Part shown: positions 61,467 through 64,000 of the stretch, piece after piece
Position numbering within the stretch: the first letter of the stretch is position 1
How the letters are laid out: the number at the start of each line of letters is the position of its first letter
DNA from: Balanoglossus misakiensis
Lineage: Eukaryota; Animalia; Hemichordata
Direction: 5' to 3'
DNA length: 64,000 bases
Assembly (NCBI GenBank): GCA_040954595.2
Contig: CM082592.2
Span: forward strand, 4,480,735-4,544,734
Made by a program: the position numbers and the translations under genes
The notes under the pieces: model-generated
The model's input: the letters and a program-made list of their open reading frames with translations, nothing else
Told to the model about the DNA's origin: nothing
Databases searched by the model: none

Positions 61467-64000
61467 CTGGAAGAAAGTCACAACACAATAGTCAATACTT
61501 GTGATGATAGTATTGACAGAGTCTGGGGAGTTTCTGGCCAGTCATATACTGAATGTTTAACCCTCTTCAAGCCAAGGGTGTTACACGCCACCTTGAAAAG
61601 AAGTTAAAATGTGGTATTGGGCCATTTTATTCACCTAAACCTATTTTGAAAGTCTTGGCATGGCTCATATACTGAATTTGATGACTTAGGCACACCTTCA
61701 CAGTTTGAACCCCCCTAAACATACACCATATCATGTCACCTGTTTTTCACTGGTTGGGCTGTGTGGTCTTACATACATATAGACCCTACCCGGCAACACA
61801 TATTTGGCATTATTAACAGGCCTGGATGGTGGAAGTTTAGGTCTCCCTAGAAAGGCTGCATCATTTAACAACTTTCAGATGGAGAAAAAGTTTACAACAT
61901 AGTGACTATGACCTGGGGAAAGCCTATTCTTCAGTGACAGGTAGGGGAGCCACATATCTGGGGTACCTGAACACAGACAAAAATAGGAATGTACGACAAG
62001 CGCCATCTGGAATGTCAAACAACAATGTCTGGATCAGAACTCCATCTATCAGCACTGTAGAGTCAGGTGCGCACCCCGATTTATCATATTACTAAATAAT
62101 ATTGATATGATCAACAACAAATTATAAACACGGCTTAACAAAATGACTGATAATCAGTATATGTAATAACCATATCAATCTGTATGTTTGACATGTAGAC
62201 GATGCCCTTGTGACAAATTACCTTTAGGGACAACACATACATGTACTAGTACATTTATTTCAATGTCATTATAACACAAGATTAACTTATCCATCTTGGG
62301 GACAACCTAGCAATTGATAACCCATAGAGTCAGTCAAACAACTCACACCCGAATCAATCAGTCTATTAATCAGTTACTGTGACATATTTTGGTCAATGGC
62401 AAGTTGACAGCTGATATCAAATTCTATATATATATTCACAATGATATTCATAATGAATAGTCACAATGTGGTCAAAATCAATTGTTGAATATCTCAATTT
62501 ACTTGAAAATTAAGACAATGAAACCTAAATCTAGATTTAGGCTTTTCATATTATATCTGACAATGTATCCCTGTAAGAACATCCGTGGCAAGACATAAAT
62601 TTCTTGCACAAGTCAACTGTCATTACATACATGTGTTAGATCAGCCTCTTACAACTTTTATGCCGTATCAAATTGGTTTCTTTAGCGACTGCTTAATTCA
62701 TGCACACTTTCTGAAATAATTGTGGTTGGCAGTTGCGAGTTCTCGGAAATTTACACTCAAATTCCTGTTTCTTTACGTCAAGAGCTTATGAGATGGACCA
62801 TGATTTAAGGATCCCACCAGGAAATTTATAGATGCTGACAAGTGACTCTGGGCTTCTATAAAACAAGTATGTCACATGTGGAGAACTGACGACAGGAATA
62901 TCAAGTCCTCAAAAGTAAAAATATTCTCGGGTCAAATAAAGACGGTCAAACCAGGGTGCGGCCACAGGGATATTAATGGTATAATGATTACCAGACGGTT
63001 GGTAATTTCAGCAATATACTGGGTTTGTAAGGTTCTGGAAATCAGGGGTTGCAACTTGTGTGCTTTTATTCAATCAAACAGAACTGACTACGATTTACAA
63101 TAATGGTTTTCCTTGGAAAGATCCATGTATTTTTCTTCTGTTATTGGCAATACATGCCACTGAATTACAGTTAAAATGCTTGAATTCTGGATGGGATGGG
63201 ATACGCCTGGCAGATAATACATGTACATCAGGTACATGAAACTTGTAAGATTACGAAAACAGCAGTTACCTTCCATTTCTGTATCATATTTTAGAATACT
63301 AACATGCAAGAGGATATATACATGTAGCACATGGAACCATGATAATATGGGAATATGCATTCATATACTGTAGATATGGAAGTTATATGACACATGTACA
63401 TTAAAATAATTTTAAAATCTCGAAAATCAACATTCATTTTAAAGACTGTACCATCAAACCACTACATCGCAATGAACAGAAATGAACCAAACACCAGATT
63501 CTTTTTCTGGTCCCAGACTTCAAACCAGGCATCTACTTGATCCACTCGCTCCCGTGATTGCCACGGTGTGGGTGGGAGTCAACATTCGATATAAATTCTA
63601 CGCCGGCAACGCATTAAAATTTTCACGCCATTAAATTATGTGGCAGTGTGTCGGGTCTCGATTTTGTTGCGGTGTGCATAACAGATCATTAATTTCCAAC
63701 GACATGACAGTTTGCTCTCTGAATACATTTATATTCTGCCTGATAGCTTACATAATTCATGCCGTAAACGAGAGTTGATAACCCTTTTTTTACGTAAAAT
63801 AACAGAGTAATATTAATAGACGCAAACAGTGGGCTGATTTTTTTTCTTCACATTTTATCTGCACTGCTGGGGTTATGTGCAACAAACTGTAGGCCAATCA
63901 CTAATCCATGCATAGGCAAGCTGTCTCCATTGATGATTAACCAAAGATCATAATATTAGTCACCAGAAAATAAATGCTGGGCAATCAATAACACAGCACA

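Noticed and set aside
61467-64000. Further CUX1/CASP 5' exons
   Set aside because: No phase-compatible exon with the expected N-terminal sequence was found, so this was treated as intron.

Overview
This is eukaryotic, intron-rich animal genomic DNA, probably from an invertebrate deuterostome (inferred from gene structure and repeat style), not a prokaryote. Left to right: (1) the 3' part of an atypical class A (rhodopsin-like) GPCR gene (+); (2) a ~12.8 kb satellite in which a homogeneous 87/88-bp array sits between two arrays of a related 86-bp unit, with both units sharing a 22-bp quasi-palindrome at which the switches occur; (3) a complete CCDC63/CCDC114 (ODAD1-type) gene (+), whose 5.1 kb intron holds an antisense 4-exon gene for a secreted ~206-aa protein with a carbohydrate-binding-like domain of bacterial appearance; (4) FBXO21 (-), with an apparent pair of tandem-duplicated, mutually exclusive exons; (5) TMEM17 (+), head-to-head with FBXO21; (6) the 3' part of a CUX1/CASP locus (-) with both alternative 3' exon sets. 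Several MITE families and many RFX X-box-like motifs are scattered through the window. Exon boundaries were read by hand from GT/AG sites and reading-frame phase. Gene names come from recognised protein motifs, not from database searches.
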